Part shown: positions 1 through 10,422 of the stretch, piece after piece
Numbering within the stretch: position 1 is the first letter of the stretch
Layout of the letters: every line of letters begins with the position of its first letter
Assembly (NCBI GenBank): GCA_000004985.1
Contig: GG738949.1
Length of the DNA stretch: 43,759 nt
Source of the DNA: Naegleria gruberi
Lineage: Eukaryota
Direction: 5' to 3' (one strand)
The notes under the pieces: model-generated
Seen by the model: the letters and a program-made list of their open reading frames with translations, nothing else
What the model was told of the DNA's origin: nothing
Database searches by the model: none
Program-made: the position numbers and the translations under genes

Positions 1-514
1 CACTTTCTGATCTATCAACTCCGACCTGACCATTAGAATTAGAACCACAACCCAATGCAAATCCATCTTCAGTAATTGCAATAGCTTCTGTATAGCCCAT
101 AACGACTGAACTAATCTTGAATGGTGATCGAATATATGCAGGATTCTCAGCATCAGAAATTGCGATCCAATTATCACCAAGGCCTCTCATCGAACTAGTT
201 TCACCAAAACTAAACAAAACAGCTTGGGAAGCTTCCAACAGAGAGAAGGATGTTGGTTCGGATTTATCGTTACGATAGGCTATTCTAGCTTTTATCATTT
301 CTTTAAATTTAGCAGTATAGAAAGTAGCCTGATCTTTACGAAACTTGGTATCTTGACTTTGATGGGAGGCATCAATGTGAGGAATACTCATACTAGGAAT
401 AATTCCAATAGCACCAAATGATTTGGATTCACCTTGAAGACCACCCGATCCATTGTTTGAAGTTTCGGTTGATTTTGGTTTCTTCTTGAAAATGTTGGTG
501 ACGAAAGAAAGCAT
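1..514 (-). CDS. RCC1-like (regulator of chromosome condensation / BLIP-II type) repeat protein, N-terminal 171 codons; the 3' part runs off the left edge of the window
   Basis: The reverse complement of 1-514 reads MLSFVTNIFKKKPKSTETSNNGSGGLQGESKSFGAIGIIP...LFSFGETSSMRGLGDN...AIAITEDGFALGCGSNSNGQVGVDRSES with no stop. The ATG is the complement of 512-514 and has an A-rich context. 'TEDGFALGCGSNSNGQVG' matches the RCC1 repeat signature (G.N..GQLG). This ORF is absent from the supplied track because it has no stop inside the window. Confidence 0.5.
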   Translation of the reverse strand, partial: MLSFVTNIFKKKPKSTETSNNGSGGLQGESKSFGAIGIIPSMSIPHIDASHQSQDTKFRKDQATFYTAKFKEMIKARIAYRNDKSEPTSFSLLEASQAVLFSFGETSSMRGLGDNWIAISDAENPAYIRSPFKISSVVMGYTEAIAITEDGFALGCGSNSNGQVGVDRSES

Positions 515-1135
515 TTTTTTTAATGTTCTTCTTGATTCGAAAGTGAAATGTGAAAGGAGAGGAGGCCTTCTTTTGAAGTTACCATTTGGAGAACATTGGA
601 AAGTTACATAATTTCTTATGATACTCCAATAGGGTTTTAAAAATCCTATATCTTGCTCAGTGTGCGCGGGCAGCACCAATGCTCTGGAGATTTGACTGAG
701 ATGAAAATGAGAGGGTGACGGTTACTTTAATGCGGATTAGTCAACTTTAAATTTTTTAAAATGTGGACTAATCTGACTTTAACTTTTTTCACGATTTGAA
801 ACATTTCAATTAAGATTAATTGAATTGATAATTTCCCAATAATAAAACACCACTGATCCACTCATTATCGTTGATACATTACTGACACAAGGACTTCAGG
901 GGTCAATACATGACTCTACAAGCTAACACACACCAAGGTAAAGCCACGGACATGAAAAGTCAATTGTATCAGTAGTACACGGTAGAATTATCAATAATAT
1001 GAGATTACTACTGATAACTTCCTAATAATTTGATACAAGTTGAACCTAACTTGCTAGAACCAACCACAACTTGCCTTGGCAAGGATCTTAAATGATCTTT
1101 GGTTACGATTAAAGCAAATCGGTCTCGGTACATTT

Positions 1136-1171
1136 CATTAATAATTTACATTAAATGTAAATTTATTAATG
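1136..1171. repeat. Imperfect palindrome cattaataatttacatt / aaatgtaaatttattaatg (~17-bp arms)
   Basis: The reverse complement of the 36-mer matches itself with one offset per arm. It lies just downstream of the transposase stop. Confidence 0.6.
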
Positions 1172-1216
1172 AATCTCCTTCATATCATCGGATCAGCTGT
1201 ACCAATTATATATTAA

Positions 1217-2989
1217 TTATTTAATGTTGTTGGTAATCTTTCGGATCGAATTTAAATAAACCTCTTTCATATGTATAACAAAACATTTTGGATGGACAAA
1301 TTCATTACAAGCATTGCATTTGAAGGTTGTATGTGATTTACAATGCTTGCAATATTTACATACCCCATATGATGATTTCGGGTTGTTTTTGTCTGGTAGT
1401 GTGTTGATGGGAAAATGTTGATTTTGTAAAAACTTATTCAATTCCGAAACATTCAAAGGTGATGCAAATGGTTTGCTAATTTCAACAACTCCAAATTGAG
1501 ATGGAGTACACAATCCCACTACTACCTCTTCAATAAACTTTCTTTGTTCCATTCCTCTTTTATGATGTCCTTCCGAAATATCCAATGAATTCTTAGCAAC
1601 AAAAGAATTAACTAATAATAATTTCAGTAATCCATAACAACAAGCTCGAGTCCACTTCCTTTTTCTATGCTTATACAAATATAAACAAAGAGTGGAATCG
1701 AATCTATCAACGGAATTCATGTGCTTGTTGTAATCAATTAATAGCCCAGGTCGTTTACGTTTCCGAGCTTCATTAATTATTTCAGTACTTCCAATAGATG
1801 AAATGATATTCACCTTTGATGAATCATACATTGTCAAAGCACACAATTTCTTATCATCAGAAACAAGAAATTGTGTGTCTCCTTGTTTTGATGTTTTTTT
1901 CTGTAAATAATTTTTAAATAATTCCGAAGGTCTGTCACATCTACAACTCAAAATTGTCTCGACATTATAATCCTTCACTAATGTTTTAGCCAATGAATCT
2001 GATCCAAAGAATTGATCTGCTAAAACAACATATTTCAAATTATCATCTCTTTTTGGTAATTTTTTAACCATTGTTAAAACATAATCCTCCACAGTACTTG
2101 CTTCGTTTTCTGGATTATCCTTTCCGAGATAAATCCAAAAGTGATACATGTAACCATCTCCATCACAAAGTGAAAATAATTTAATTCCTGTAGAATGTGG
2201 TTTTCCAAATACATGTTGTCTTCCTTTCCATCTTCCCTTGAAGGGAATGATTGTTTCGTCAACAGTAACGAAAACATTGGCCTTCCAATACCTTTTAGAT
2301 ATTTCATTTACTTTTTTAGCTAATGCCAAAATATCAAAATGAAATGCAGAATTAACAGCATAGAATAATTCACGTTTAATTACTTTTGAAATGAATGGAC
2401 AATGAAAGTAAGGATTTTTGTTAGTGACTGACCGAAAATAATCATTAGTGGAAGGAAAATGTATCAAACCCATTAAATAAATAATTCCAATAAATATTTT
2501 AATTAAATTACTATCCACAACTAATATTTTGCCTTCATACATAATGCCATTCTTATTACTGTAATTGTTTGTATATTCAACAAAATGTTCCAAAATTTCC
2601 AAGTTCAAATATTGTATAAATATATTATAACTAGTATCGTTTTTGAGGTTGATAGGTTTTCCACTTGCAGAAGAAATTGGGTTATTAAATTTATCTTGTG
2701 TTTTCCATCCGTTAGGAATTGTTGTTGCTGTTTTAATTTTCTTATTATTTGTATTGATTTCGGAAGGAGGTTTTCTCTTATTTTGATTATTATCATTTGA
2801 TTGATTGTTTTGTGATGGAATTTGTGATGAAGAATTATTTAAATTATTATTTTGTGTAGATGATTGAGTAATATTTTGTGATGAATTTTGGGGTGTAGGA
2901 TGGGATCTTGAAATATGTTGTTTTATTCCTCTTTTCGTAAAGCATTTACCACACTGTTGACAAACTACATCCTTCACACCTACTGTCAT
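1217..2989 (-). CDS. piggyBac-family DDE transposase (DDE_Tnp_1_7-like), 590 aa, intact ORF, with an N-terminal C2H2 zinc finger and a C-terminal Cys-rich domain
   Basis: The ATG is the complement of 2987-2989 in an 'aaaaaATG' context, and the stop is TAA (complement of 1217-1219). The protein aligns block-wise to T. ni piggyBac from memory: IKIFIGIIYLMGL ~ IYAFFGILVMTAV; VTVDETIIPFKGR...GIKLFSLCD ~ LTIDEQLLGFRGR...GIKILMMCD (Asp268 equivalent present); VVLADQFFGS ~ ITCDNWFTS (Asp346 equivalent present); LLIDYNKHMNSVDRFD...KWTRACCYGLLKLLLVNSF ~ MVMYYNQTKGGVDTLD...RWPMALLYGMINIACINSF (Asp447 equivalent present). The C-terminus CKYCKHCKSHTTFKCNACNEFVHPKC is the piggyBac CRD. The N-terminus CQQCGKCFTKRGIKQHISRSH is a C-x2-C-x12-H-x4-H finger. 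Residues ~35-75 form an N/Q/S-rich tract. Confidence 0.9.
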   Translation of the reverse strand: MTVGVKDVVCQQCGKCFTKRGIKQHISRSHPTPQNSSQNITQSSTQNNNLNNSSSQIPSQNNQSNDNNQNKRKPPSEINTNNKKIKTATTIPNGWKTQDKFNNPISSASGKPINLKNDTSYNIFIQYLNLEILEHFVEYTNNYSNKNGIMYEGKILVVDSNLIKIFIGIIYLMGLIHFPSTNDYFRSVTNKNPYFHCPFISKVIKRELFYAVNSAFHFDILALAKKVNEISKRYWKANVFVTVDETIIPFKGRWKGRQHVFGKPHSTGIKLFSLCDGDGYMYHFWIYLGKDNPENEASTVEDYVLTMVKKLPKRDDNLKYVVLADQFFGSDSLAKTLVKDYNVETILSCRCDRPSELFKNYLQKKTSKQGDTQFLVSDDKKLCALTMYDSSKVNIISSIGSTEIINEARKRKRPGLLIDYNKHMNSVDRFDSTLCLYLYKHRKRKWTRACCYGLLKLLLVNSFVAKNSLDISEGHHKRGMEQRKFIEEVVVGLCTPSQFGVVEISKPFASPLNVSELNKFLQNQHFPINTLPDKNNPKSSYGVCKYCKHCKSHTTFKCNACNEFVHPKCFVIHMKEVYLNSIRKITNNIK

Positions 2990-3651
2990 TTTTTACTGCG
3001 CAACAATCATGACTTTGAATTTTTAATTAAAAACGTTCATCTAAAAATAAAAAACAAACTACCACCGCCCTTTTTAAAGATTGTATCTCAATAATCTGCA
3101 ATAGCTTTGAGATTGCATTCAAAAGGAAGGTACTGAACAAGATATATTACAACATTTAGTAAATAAATTATATTTAATTTCTTACCTAAATTCATTGGCA
3201 TGATAGTAAGGATGAAGAAAATGAGGACGAGGAGAACATTATGATATTGTTGTTGTTGATGTTGTTGTAACATTTTTTAAGGCTATTAATATCATCATGT
3301 TCATGAACACAGGAGAATACAACGATTAAGCGCGCCCGAGTATATTTGTTTTGATGATATGGCTAAGGAAATAATATTTGTTCTGATGATTAATTAATTG
3401 TTATTGGTTGAGGAATTTAAACGATGGTGTGATGGTGGTAATGATATTAAATAACTGCCTTGGTTGAAGAGTTGATGATAGAGAGTGTGTTGAGTAAATT
3501 TGTGCAATCTATTCATGAAGATTTCTTCTCCGAAATGTATTTTGAGAATTGGTATTGGTATTATTAATCCATCATGATGAGAGCCACAAGCAGTTTTCAC
3601 TAATTTTTTAATTTGTTGTTTTTTGTTTAATTTTCATAACGGAAACAACCG

Positions 3652-5443
3652 NNNNNNNNNNNNNNNNNNNNNNNNNNNNNNNNNNNNNNNNNNNNNNNNN
3701 NNNNNNNNNNNNNNNNNNNNNNNNNNNNNNNNNNNNNNNNNNNNNNNNNNNNNNNNNNNNNNNNNNNNNNNNNNNNNNNNNNNNNNNNNNNNNNNNNNNN
3801 NNNNNNNNNNNNNNNNNNNNNNNNNNNNNNNNNNNNNNNNNNNNNNNNNNNNNNNNNNNNNNNNNNNNNNNNNNNNNNNNNNNNNNNNNNNNNNNNNNNN
3901 NNNNNNNNNNNNNNNNNNNNNNNNNNNNNNNNNNNNNNNNNNNNNNNNNNNNNNNNNNNNNNNNNNNNNNNNNNNNNNNNNNNNNNNNNNNNNNNNNNNN
4001 NNNNNNNNNNNNNNNNNNNNNNNNNNNNNNNNNNNNNNNNNNNNNNNNNNNNNNNNNNNNNNNNNNNNNNNNNNNNNNNNNNNNNNNNNNNNNNNNNNNN
4101 NNNNNNNNNNNNNNNNNNNNNNNNNNNNNNNNNNNNNNNNNNNNNNNNNNNNNNNNNNNNNNNNNNNNNNNNNNNNNNNNNNNNNNNNNNNNNNNNNNNN
4201 NNNNNNNNNNNNNNNNNNNNNNNNNNNNNNNNNNNNNNNNNNNNNNNNNNNNNNNNNNNNNNNNNNNNNNNNNNNNNNNNNNNNNNNNNNNNNNNNNNNN
4301 NNNNNNNNNNNNNNNNNNNNNNNNNNNNNNNNNNNNNNNNNNNNNNNNNNNNNNNNNNNNNNNNNNNNNNNNNNNNNNNNNNNNNNNNNNNNNNNNNNNN
4401 NNNNNNNNNNNNNNNNNNNNNNNNNNNNNNNNNNNNNNNNNNNNNNNNNNNNNNNNNNNNNNNNNNNNNNNNNNNNNNNNNNNNNNNNNNNNNNNNNNNN
4501 NNNNNNNNNNNNNNNNNNNNNNNNNNNNNNNNNNNNNNNNNNNNNNNNNNNNNNNNNNNNNNNNNNNNNNNNNNNNNNNNNNNNNNNNNNNNNNNNNNNN
4601 NNNNNNNNNNNNNNNNNNNNNNNNNNNNNNNNNNNNNNNNNNNNNNNNNNNNNNNNNNNNNNNNNNNNNNNNNNNNNNNNNNNNNNNNNNNNNNNNNNNN
4701 NNNNNNNNNNNNNNNNNNNNNNNNNNNNNNNNNNNNNNNNNNNNNNNNNNNNNNNNNNNNNNNNNNNNNNNNNNNNNNNNNNNNNNNNNNNNNNNNNNNN
4801 NNNNNNNNNNNNNNNNNNNNNNNNNNNNNNNNNNNNNNNNNNNNNNNNNNNNNNNNNNNNNNNNNNNNNNNNNNNNNNNNNNNNNNNNNNNNNNNNNNNN
4901 NNNNNNNNNNNNNNNNNNNNNNNNNNNNNNNNNNNNNNNNNNNNNNNNNNNNNNNNNNNNNNNNNNNNNNNNNNNNNNNNNNNNNNNNNNNNNNNNNNNN
5001 NNNNNNNNNNNNNNNNNNNNNNNNNNNNNNNNNNNNNNNNNNNNNNNNNNNNNNNNNNNNNNNNNNNNNNNNNNNNNNNNNNNNNNNNNNNNNNNNNNNN
5101 NNNNNNNNNNNNNNNNNNNNNNNNNNNNNNNNNNNNNNNNNNNNNNNNNNNNNNNNNNNNNNNNNNNNNNNNNNNNNNNNNNNNNNNNNNNNNNNNNNNN
5201 NNNNNNNNNNNNNNNNNNNNNNNNNNNNNNNNNNNNNNNNNNNNNNNNNNNNNNNNNNNNNNNNNNNNNNNNNNNNNNNNNNNNNNNNNNNNNNNNNNNN
5301 NNNNNNNNNNNNNNNNNNNNNNNNNNNNNNNNNNNNNNNNNNNNNNNNNNNNNNNNNNNNNNNNNNNNNNNNNNNNNNNNNNNNNNNNNNNNNNNNNNNN
5401 NNNNNNNNNNNNNNNNNNNNNNNNNNNNNNNNNNNNNNNNNNN
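3652..5443. other. Assembly gap (1,792 N)
   Basis: Run of N. Confidence 0.99.
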
Positions 5444-7179
5444 CTGGTACAGGAAATACAGATTTGAATGGAGATGGATTGGAAGCGACATTGACCAATC
5501 TTTATCAACCAATTGCTGTAGCTTACTCTCCTACTTCCAGTGAATTATACTTTTCTGATTATTTACATGATAGAGTGAGAAAGATAACCTCTTCAGGATT
5601 GGTTGAAACAGTTGCGGGAGGTATAGGTGATAAGGGATTGGCTGTTAATGCAAAAATCAGAGGTGTTTCATCAATATTACTGGTAGACAATGATTTATAT
5701 ATCTCTGATGCATTCAATTATAGAATTCGTAAAATTTCCCTCTCAACTGGTATTATTGATTCCATTGTTGGAGCATATGCATCTATTTATAATGGCGACA
5801 ACTGGGCCAATCAAACCAATATTAACTATGTATGGGATATGAGAATTCAAAACGGTGAACTTGTATTTGCTGACATGAACAATAACTTAATTAGGAAAAC
5901 AAGTTTATCTGGTAAAGGAAAGGTAACAACCATTGCTGGTATGGGTGCAAACAATGCTTCGATTATTATCGATAATGTCAAGGCAACAAGTGCCTATTTG
6001 AAAAACCCTGGTTCTGTTGCATTCTTGCCAACTGGTGATATGATTATTGCAGAGACAGAAGGTCATATCATTAGAAAGGTTGATTTGAATGGCAATATTT
6101 CACTCATTGCTGGATCATTCTTCCAACCAGGTTTCAATGGTGACTTGTCAGATTCAAAGAATTCTTTATTGTATCAACCAACAGGACTTTCTATTTTACA
6201 GGATGGTAGAATCATCTTCTCAGACTTTGGAAACAATAGAGTGAGAATGTTAACACCATATTGTAAGGATGAAAAGTATTATTTGACTCAATCTTCACAA
6301 GGTATTGTCTGCAACATTACTTCATGTTATGGACTCGCCTACAATGATGCAAAAGTTTGTTCAGGAAATGGAATTTGTTCATCATTGAATAACTGCAGCT
6401 GCTCAAGTGGATATTCTGGAAACGATTGCTCAACTGCTGATATTTGTTCTGTCTTGTCAAGCTCATATGTTTGTACAACAACGTCTCTCAACACAACTGA
6501 AACTCAAGTTACAACAGTTCAAAATGTCACTCAATTGGATTCGAAAACTATCGAGTTCTCATCTACAAGTACTGTCACTGTTTCACTGCCATCAACAATT
6601 TCACAATACTTGACAAGTGTTGATTCAACATTGAAGAATGACACTGTTACTGTTGTCAGTTCTGTTTCATCAGCAAGCAAAGTAACAGAAACTTCTGAGG
6701 TTATTTCACCAGTCATCTCAATTGTTCTTGTCAAGTCAAGTTCTAATCAAAAAATTTCTGTCCAAAATCTCGAAGAACCAATTTCATTATATTTCAATAA
6801 GGTCAACATGACTGTTTCGAATATTGAAACCTTGAATGTAACTTGTATGTATTATGATGAAAGTGAAAAGGTATGGAAATCGGATGGGGTTGAAAGTGAA
6901 ATTACAGAGATTATTCTCCACAACCTTGCTGATGGAAATGTTACCTTGACAATTTCACTTACATGCAAGACTTTCCATTTAACTTCATTTGGAATCATTG
7001 ATCAAAACTACAAGAAGGCAACTACTAACTCTAATACTGACGATTCCACAATCTTGACAGATTACACAGTTTTAATAGGTGCCATTGTTGGTGGTGTTGG
7101 TGGATGTTGTGTTATTGCCACAATTATTACACTCATCATTGTTGTCATTATCTTTGTCAGAAGAAGAGGAAAGAAATAA
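5444..7179 (+). CDS. Type I membrane protein with NHL (six-bladed beta-propeller) repeats, an EGF-like Cys-rich module, a Ser/Thr/Val-rich mucin-like stalk and a C-terminal transmembrane anchor. The 5' end is in the gap.
   Basis: The frame is open from the gap edge, and the track's 'M' at 5464 is TTG. NHL repeat motifs are present (YQPIAVAYSP...LYFSDYLHDRVRKI; LYISDAFNYRIRKI; FSDFGNNRVRML). EGF-like module: CSGNGICSSLNNCSCSSGYSGNDCS. The T/S/V-rich region spans ~6480-6700. TM anchor LIGAIVGGVGGCCVIATIITLIIVVIIF is followed by RRRGKK and the stop at 7177-7179. Confidence 0.7.
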
Positions 7180-7239
7180 ACCAAGATAATCACTTTATAT
7201 TTTACAAATCTGCTATATTGATATAATTGAAACTGTATT

Positions 7240-8169
7240 TTAATTAATAAGTTCAATTACAGTGTTTTCTTGCAAATTCGAAACCAAAGGTTGCAAACAA
7301 ACAATACATGGCAAATGATCCGATGCATTTTCCTTATACTCACTCAATACCTTACTCGAAATCAATTTAAACTGATCCTTTCTTCCAAAAATGTGATCAT
7401 AACTTCCCCACAATGAAAATGGGCCTTTCAGTGGCCAATACCAAGTTGTTTGATTTTCAATAAAATCATGGAAATTCATTTCTTTGAGGAGGGAGGCATA
7501 GTTAGATTGGAATATTCCAGATTGACTTGTTTCGTTGAAATCTCCTAAAATGATGAGTGGATAGGAACATTTTTGTAATGCTTGTTTCGTATAACTCTCA
7601 ACTTCATTTCGTCTTACTGAAACGGTTTGATAGAGAAAGGCACTAATATGTTGTAAATTTCCACCTTCGAATGAGAGAGGAGGTCTCAAATGTAAATTCA
7701 ATACTTGATAATTAAAAGAATCTTCAAGTTTCGAATTCTTTCTTGTCACAATAATATGCATGGCATCAAAATAACTTCCCTCCACATTACTACTCAACAT
7801 TTCCACATCCAAATTGAGATTAGCTTTAGCCATCACTCCAGTTCCACTTGCTAAATAAACATTCGTCTTGGAATGATCCCAAACTTGATTAGGATATTGA
7901 GTAGAAAGTGTTGTACTATTCGAAACTGCAATTTCCCACCCAACATGAGTCTCCTGTAAACAAATCAAATCAACATTATCCACATTCTCCTTCATGGCTT
8001 GTAAAACTCGTTGACCATTATACGAAAGTGCTCCATCATAATTAACACCACCAAAATTCACATTAAACGACATGATTCGAAGAATAGGAAGAGATTTCCG
8101 TGATTCTATTAAATCATTTAAAATAGACTGTGGGTTGCGTAATGATGTATTGTTTGGAGGTAACGACAT
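7240..8169 (-). CDS. Endonuclease/exonuclease/phosphatase (EEP) family protein, 309 aa
   Basis: Complete ORF; the ATG is the complement of 8167-8169 and is preceded by an A-run on the coding strand. N-terminal LRIMSFNVN...DLICLQE and C-terminal SDHLP are EEP-fold hallmarks. Confidence 0.65.
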   Translation of the reverse strand: MSLPPNNTSLRNPQSILNDLIESRKSLPILRIMSFNVNFGGVNYDGALSYNGQRVLQAMKENVDNVDLICLQETHVGWEIAVSNSTTLSTQYPNQVWDHSKTNVYLASGTGVMAKANLNLDVEMLSSNVEGSYFDAMHIIVTRKNSKLEDSFNYQVLNLHLRPPLSFEGGNLQHISAFLYQTVSVRRNEVESYTKQALQKCSYPLIILGDFNETSQSGIFQSNYASLLKEMNFHDFIENQTTWYWPLKGPFSLWGSYDHIFGRKDQFKLISSKVLSEYKENASDHLPCIVCLQPLVSNLQENTVIELIN

Positions 8170-8348
8170 TTTTTTTTGTAAATTTGTGAGTGTTGAACTT
8201 TTTTGTTCGAAATTAATGAATGAAAATTAGTAAAGAACTGTGAACTTTTGATGACGTAAAAGTAATCGTTGCAAACTAAACGATTCAACTTATTATTATT
8301 CAGATATGAATCTGTACATCCAATATTATTTAGTCTTCTCTTTCTCAT

Positions 8349-9440
8349 TTACCATTTTTTACTTTCACAAATTGAATCGACAATTGGGTGAATTTGGATG
8401 AGGAATTCGCTCAATTGCTCATTAAAAGATCCACTTCGCATACTACCCATTGCAGCAGCAATTCTGTTTTTCATGAGAGTTGGAGCGAATTCTGATGGAT
8501 TCTCTAAGGCACATTCAATTGCCATCTTGAATAAGGAAAAATTCTTCTGAGTACTATCGGTATGTATAATATCCAACAAGATTCTAAAAATGTTATCCTC
8601 TGTAATTGCCAACAACTTTTTGTGAATAGCTCTCACATGCACTGGTAAGGCAATCTTGGGGGAGAATAAACTTGAGAAGCATAAGGGAGTATGAGCTGCC
8701 TCTTTGACAATGCTTGGAGATGTTGCAAGATTTTCATACTCTTCCTCTTTCATCTCTACAAATAATGGATAGAGTGCTTCAAAAACTAACATGCAATCAC
8801 TTGGTTTATAGATCCACTTTGCTTGTCTGCATGCTTCACCAACTCTTTGAATAAGGTAGAAAAGAGGATTGGAAGATTTGTAAACTATTTGGAAAATATC
8901 ACAAATTGGTAAAAAGTGCCTTCTCATCTTTTTCAATGATTGCACTATTGAATGGCTCTTCTTTTTGAAATCCGCCATTGATAAGCTGGTATCAATAAAC
9001 AAGTGCACCGGAGAGAAATTCAAATAGTCACTTTTCAATTGTGAAAGAAAATTTTTGTTTTTCTGAATATCCATAATAATATCCACAATTTCAATCCTAA
9101 CATTCTGTATGGAACTGATTAAAAAATCATTACTGCTACAACAAATTTGTGTGATATTGGAGAGCTTAGAGTTCTTGGTTAAAAACTCTTTCAAAACACT
9201 GGAGATTCGATTGATGAAGAACCTGCGANNNNNNNNNNNNNNNNNNNNNNNNNNNNNNNNNNNNNNNNNNNNNNNNNNATGATCCGTTGAACATAATTGG
9301 GATATATTATTGAATGTTGCCAGAGATGTAAATAGCTGTTTAGTTTTTCCCACCACAATATGGCAAGATGAGAATTTTAAATTGGAACTAGTGAAGAGAG
9401 GAATTTTTCCACCTTCCTTTTTGAAACATTTTAATAGCAT
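8349..9440 (-). CDS. Hypothetical protein, ~363 aa, interrupted by a 50-N gap; no domain recognised
   Basis: Long ORF with an ATG at the complement of 9438-9440. The frame continues across the N block only by assumption about gap length. Composition is protein-like and probably helical. Confidence 0.45.
   Translation of the reverse strand: MLLKCFKKEGGKIPLFTSSNLKFSSCHIVVGKTKQLFTSLATFNNISQLCSTDHXXXXXXXXXXXXXXXXXRRFFINRISSVLKEFLTKNSKLSNITQICCSSNDFLISSIQNVRIEIVDIIMDIQKNKNFLSQLKSDYLNFSPVHLFIDTSLSMADFKKKSHSIVQSLKKMRRHFLPICDIFQIVYKSSNPLFYLIQRVGEACRQAKWIYKPSDCMLVFEALYPLFVEMKEEEYENLATSPSIVKEAAHTPLCFSSLFSPKIALPVHVRAIHKKLLAITEDNIFRILLDIIHTDSTQKNFSLFKMAIECALENPSEFAPTLMKNRIAAAMGSMRSGSFNEQLSEFLIQIHPIVDSICESKKW
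9229..9278. other. Assembly gap (50 N)
   Basis: Run of N. Confidence 0.99.
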
Positions 9441-10422
9441 TTTGAACGATATGGATTTGATTGTAGAAAATGGTTTTTACTTGATTCAATAACCCTATTT
9501 ATTCAATATATTGCTGCAAAAATAAATCAATATTTATTAAGTTAACATTATTAAGGCCAAACGAAATGGCGGGTTTCACAAGAGAAATTTAATAAAAAAA
9601 AAGAATAACTCAAGAATAAATGAAGATAAGCTCCGTTGATATACCCTTATTAAACTAGGAAGGAATACAGAATTAACCGACAAATCACGAAAGAAAGATA
9701 AACAACCTTCATCATCAAGAACAGTAAGGAAGAAAATCATGAAGAAATCAACAAAAAGTGGCATTTAAATTCTAGAAGGAAAAGAAATCCACAACAATTT
9801 AAAACTCTTTCTCCCCCTCATTCTGACTCAGCTCAAAAATCCAAATATAAAGAATTTCATCTTCTGCCCTGCAATGTAGTTACCAGCTCGAAGAATTCTA
9901 ATGAAGCAGAAAACATTCTATTTGAAACAGTTATTAAGGAAGAGAAGAAACAATCGTTAAAGAGTCCGTCAAAAAGAGGTGGGGTCCAACCAAGACTGTC
10001 TTGTCGGATAAATGTAAGTATTACATCATCTTGATTAAGAGTTTGATGATTAAAATGTCTAACAAGGTCCAAAAAGTAAGATTTGTGAAATTGTATTCAT
10101 GTATCATGTAAGAAGTTGTCCTTTCCAATTGAAACATTTTTTTGATAAGAAAACTATTTCTAGAATTGAAATTGCCAGAATCAATAAGGGTTCTGAAGTA
10201 AAGGTGTTAAAGAAGAGAGATTGGAGGAAACAAGTTCAAAATTGGAAAGATAAAAGATGAAACTGGATAGAAAAATGTATAAATTCATGCATTTTCCTCA
10301 TTTACAACATTCCAAATATTCTCCATTGTAAAGAAATCAATGAATTGTGAATTTACCTAAATCATTACAAATTCTGATAAATTTCCAAATTAAATAAAAA
10401 ACTCTCAGAGTTTATATGTAAA

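Larger units (their letters stand above)
1136..3340 (-). mobile_element. Candidate extent of the piggyBac-like element, or of a domesticated locus. The boundaries are not established and no convincing TTAA-flanked terminal inverted repeats were found.
   Basis: The transposase ORF sits in 2.2-2.7 kb of non-coding flank, which is a typical piggyBac element size. An imperfect 36-bp palindrome at 1136-1171 lies 45 bp beyond the stop. A TTAA next to a GC-rich 'gcgcgcccgag' lies at 3325-3339. I could not pair any terminal sequences as TIRs by eye. Confidence 0.3.

Noticed and set aside
661-3339. GC-rich islands gtgcgcgggcagc (661-673) and ttaa-gcgcgcccgag (3325-3339) flanking the transposase at roughly piggyBac-sized spacing, considered as TIRs
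   Set aside because: The reverse complement of one does not align with the other beyond a 5-mer (GCCCG). Only the right one abuts a TTAA. Not supportable as terminal inverted repeats.
2074-6734. Small ORFs 2074-2307, 2585-2800, 2605-2796, 6407-6613, 6531-6734, 7062-7256, 8118-8348, 25022-25207, 27280-27480, 34761-34955, 36045-36272, 3088-3273, 3394-3600, 224-421, 9310-9492, 9576-9764, 9857-10072, 24232-24486, 31558-31749 and 33212-33487
   Set aside because: They are nested in, or antisense to, much longer well-supported coding regions, or lie in AT-rich spacers. Their translations are low-complexity. Treated as chance ORFs.
9800-10020. A plus-strand open frame ending at a GTAAGT at ~10017, possibly a small exon in the 9480-10420 spacer
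   Set aside because: No in-frame ATG, a short low-complexity translation and no recognisable protein features. Left as intergenic or UTR.
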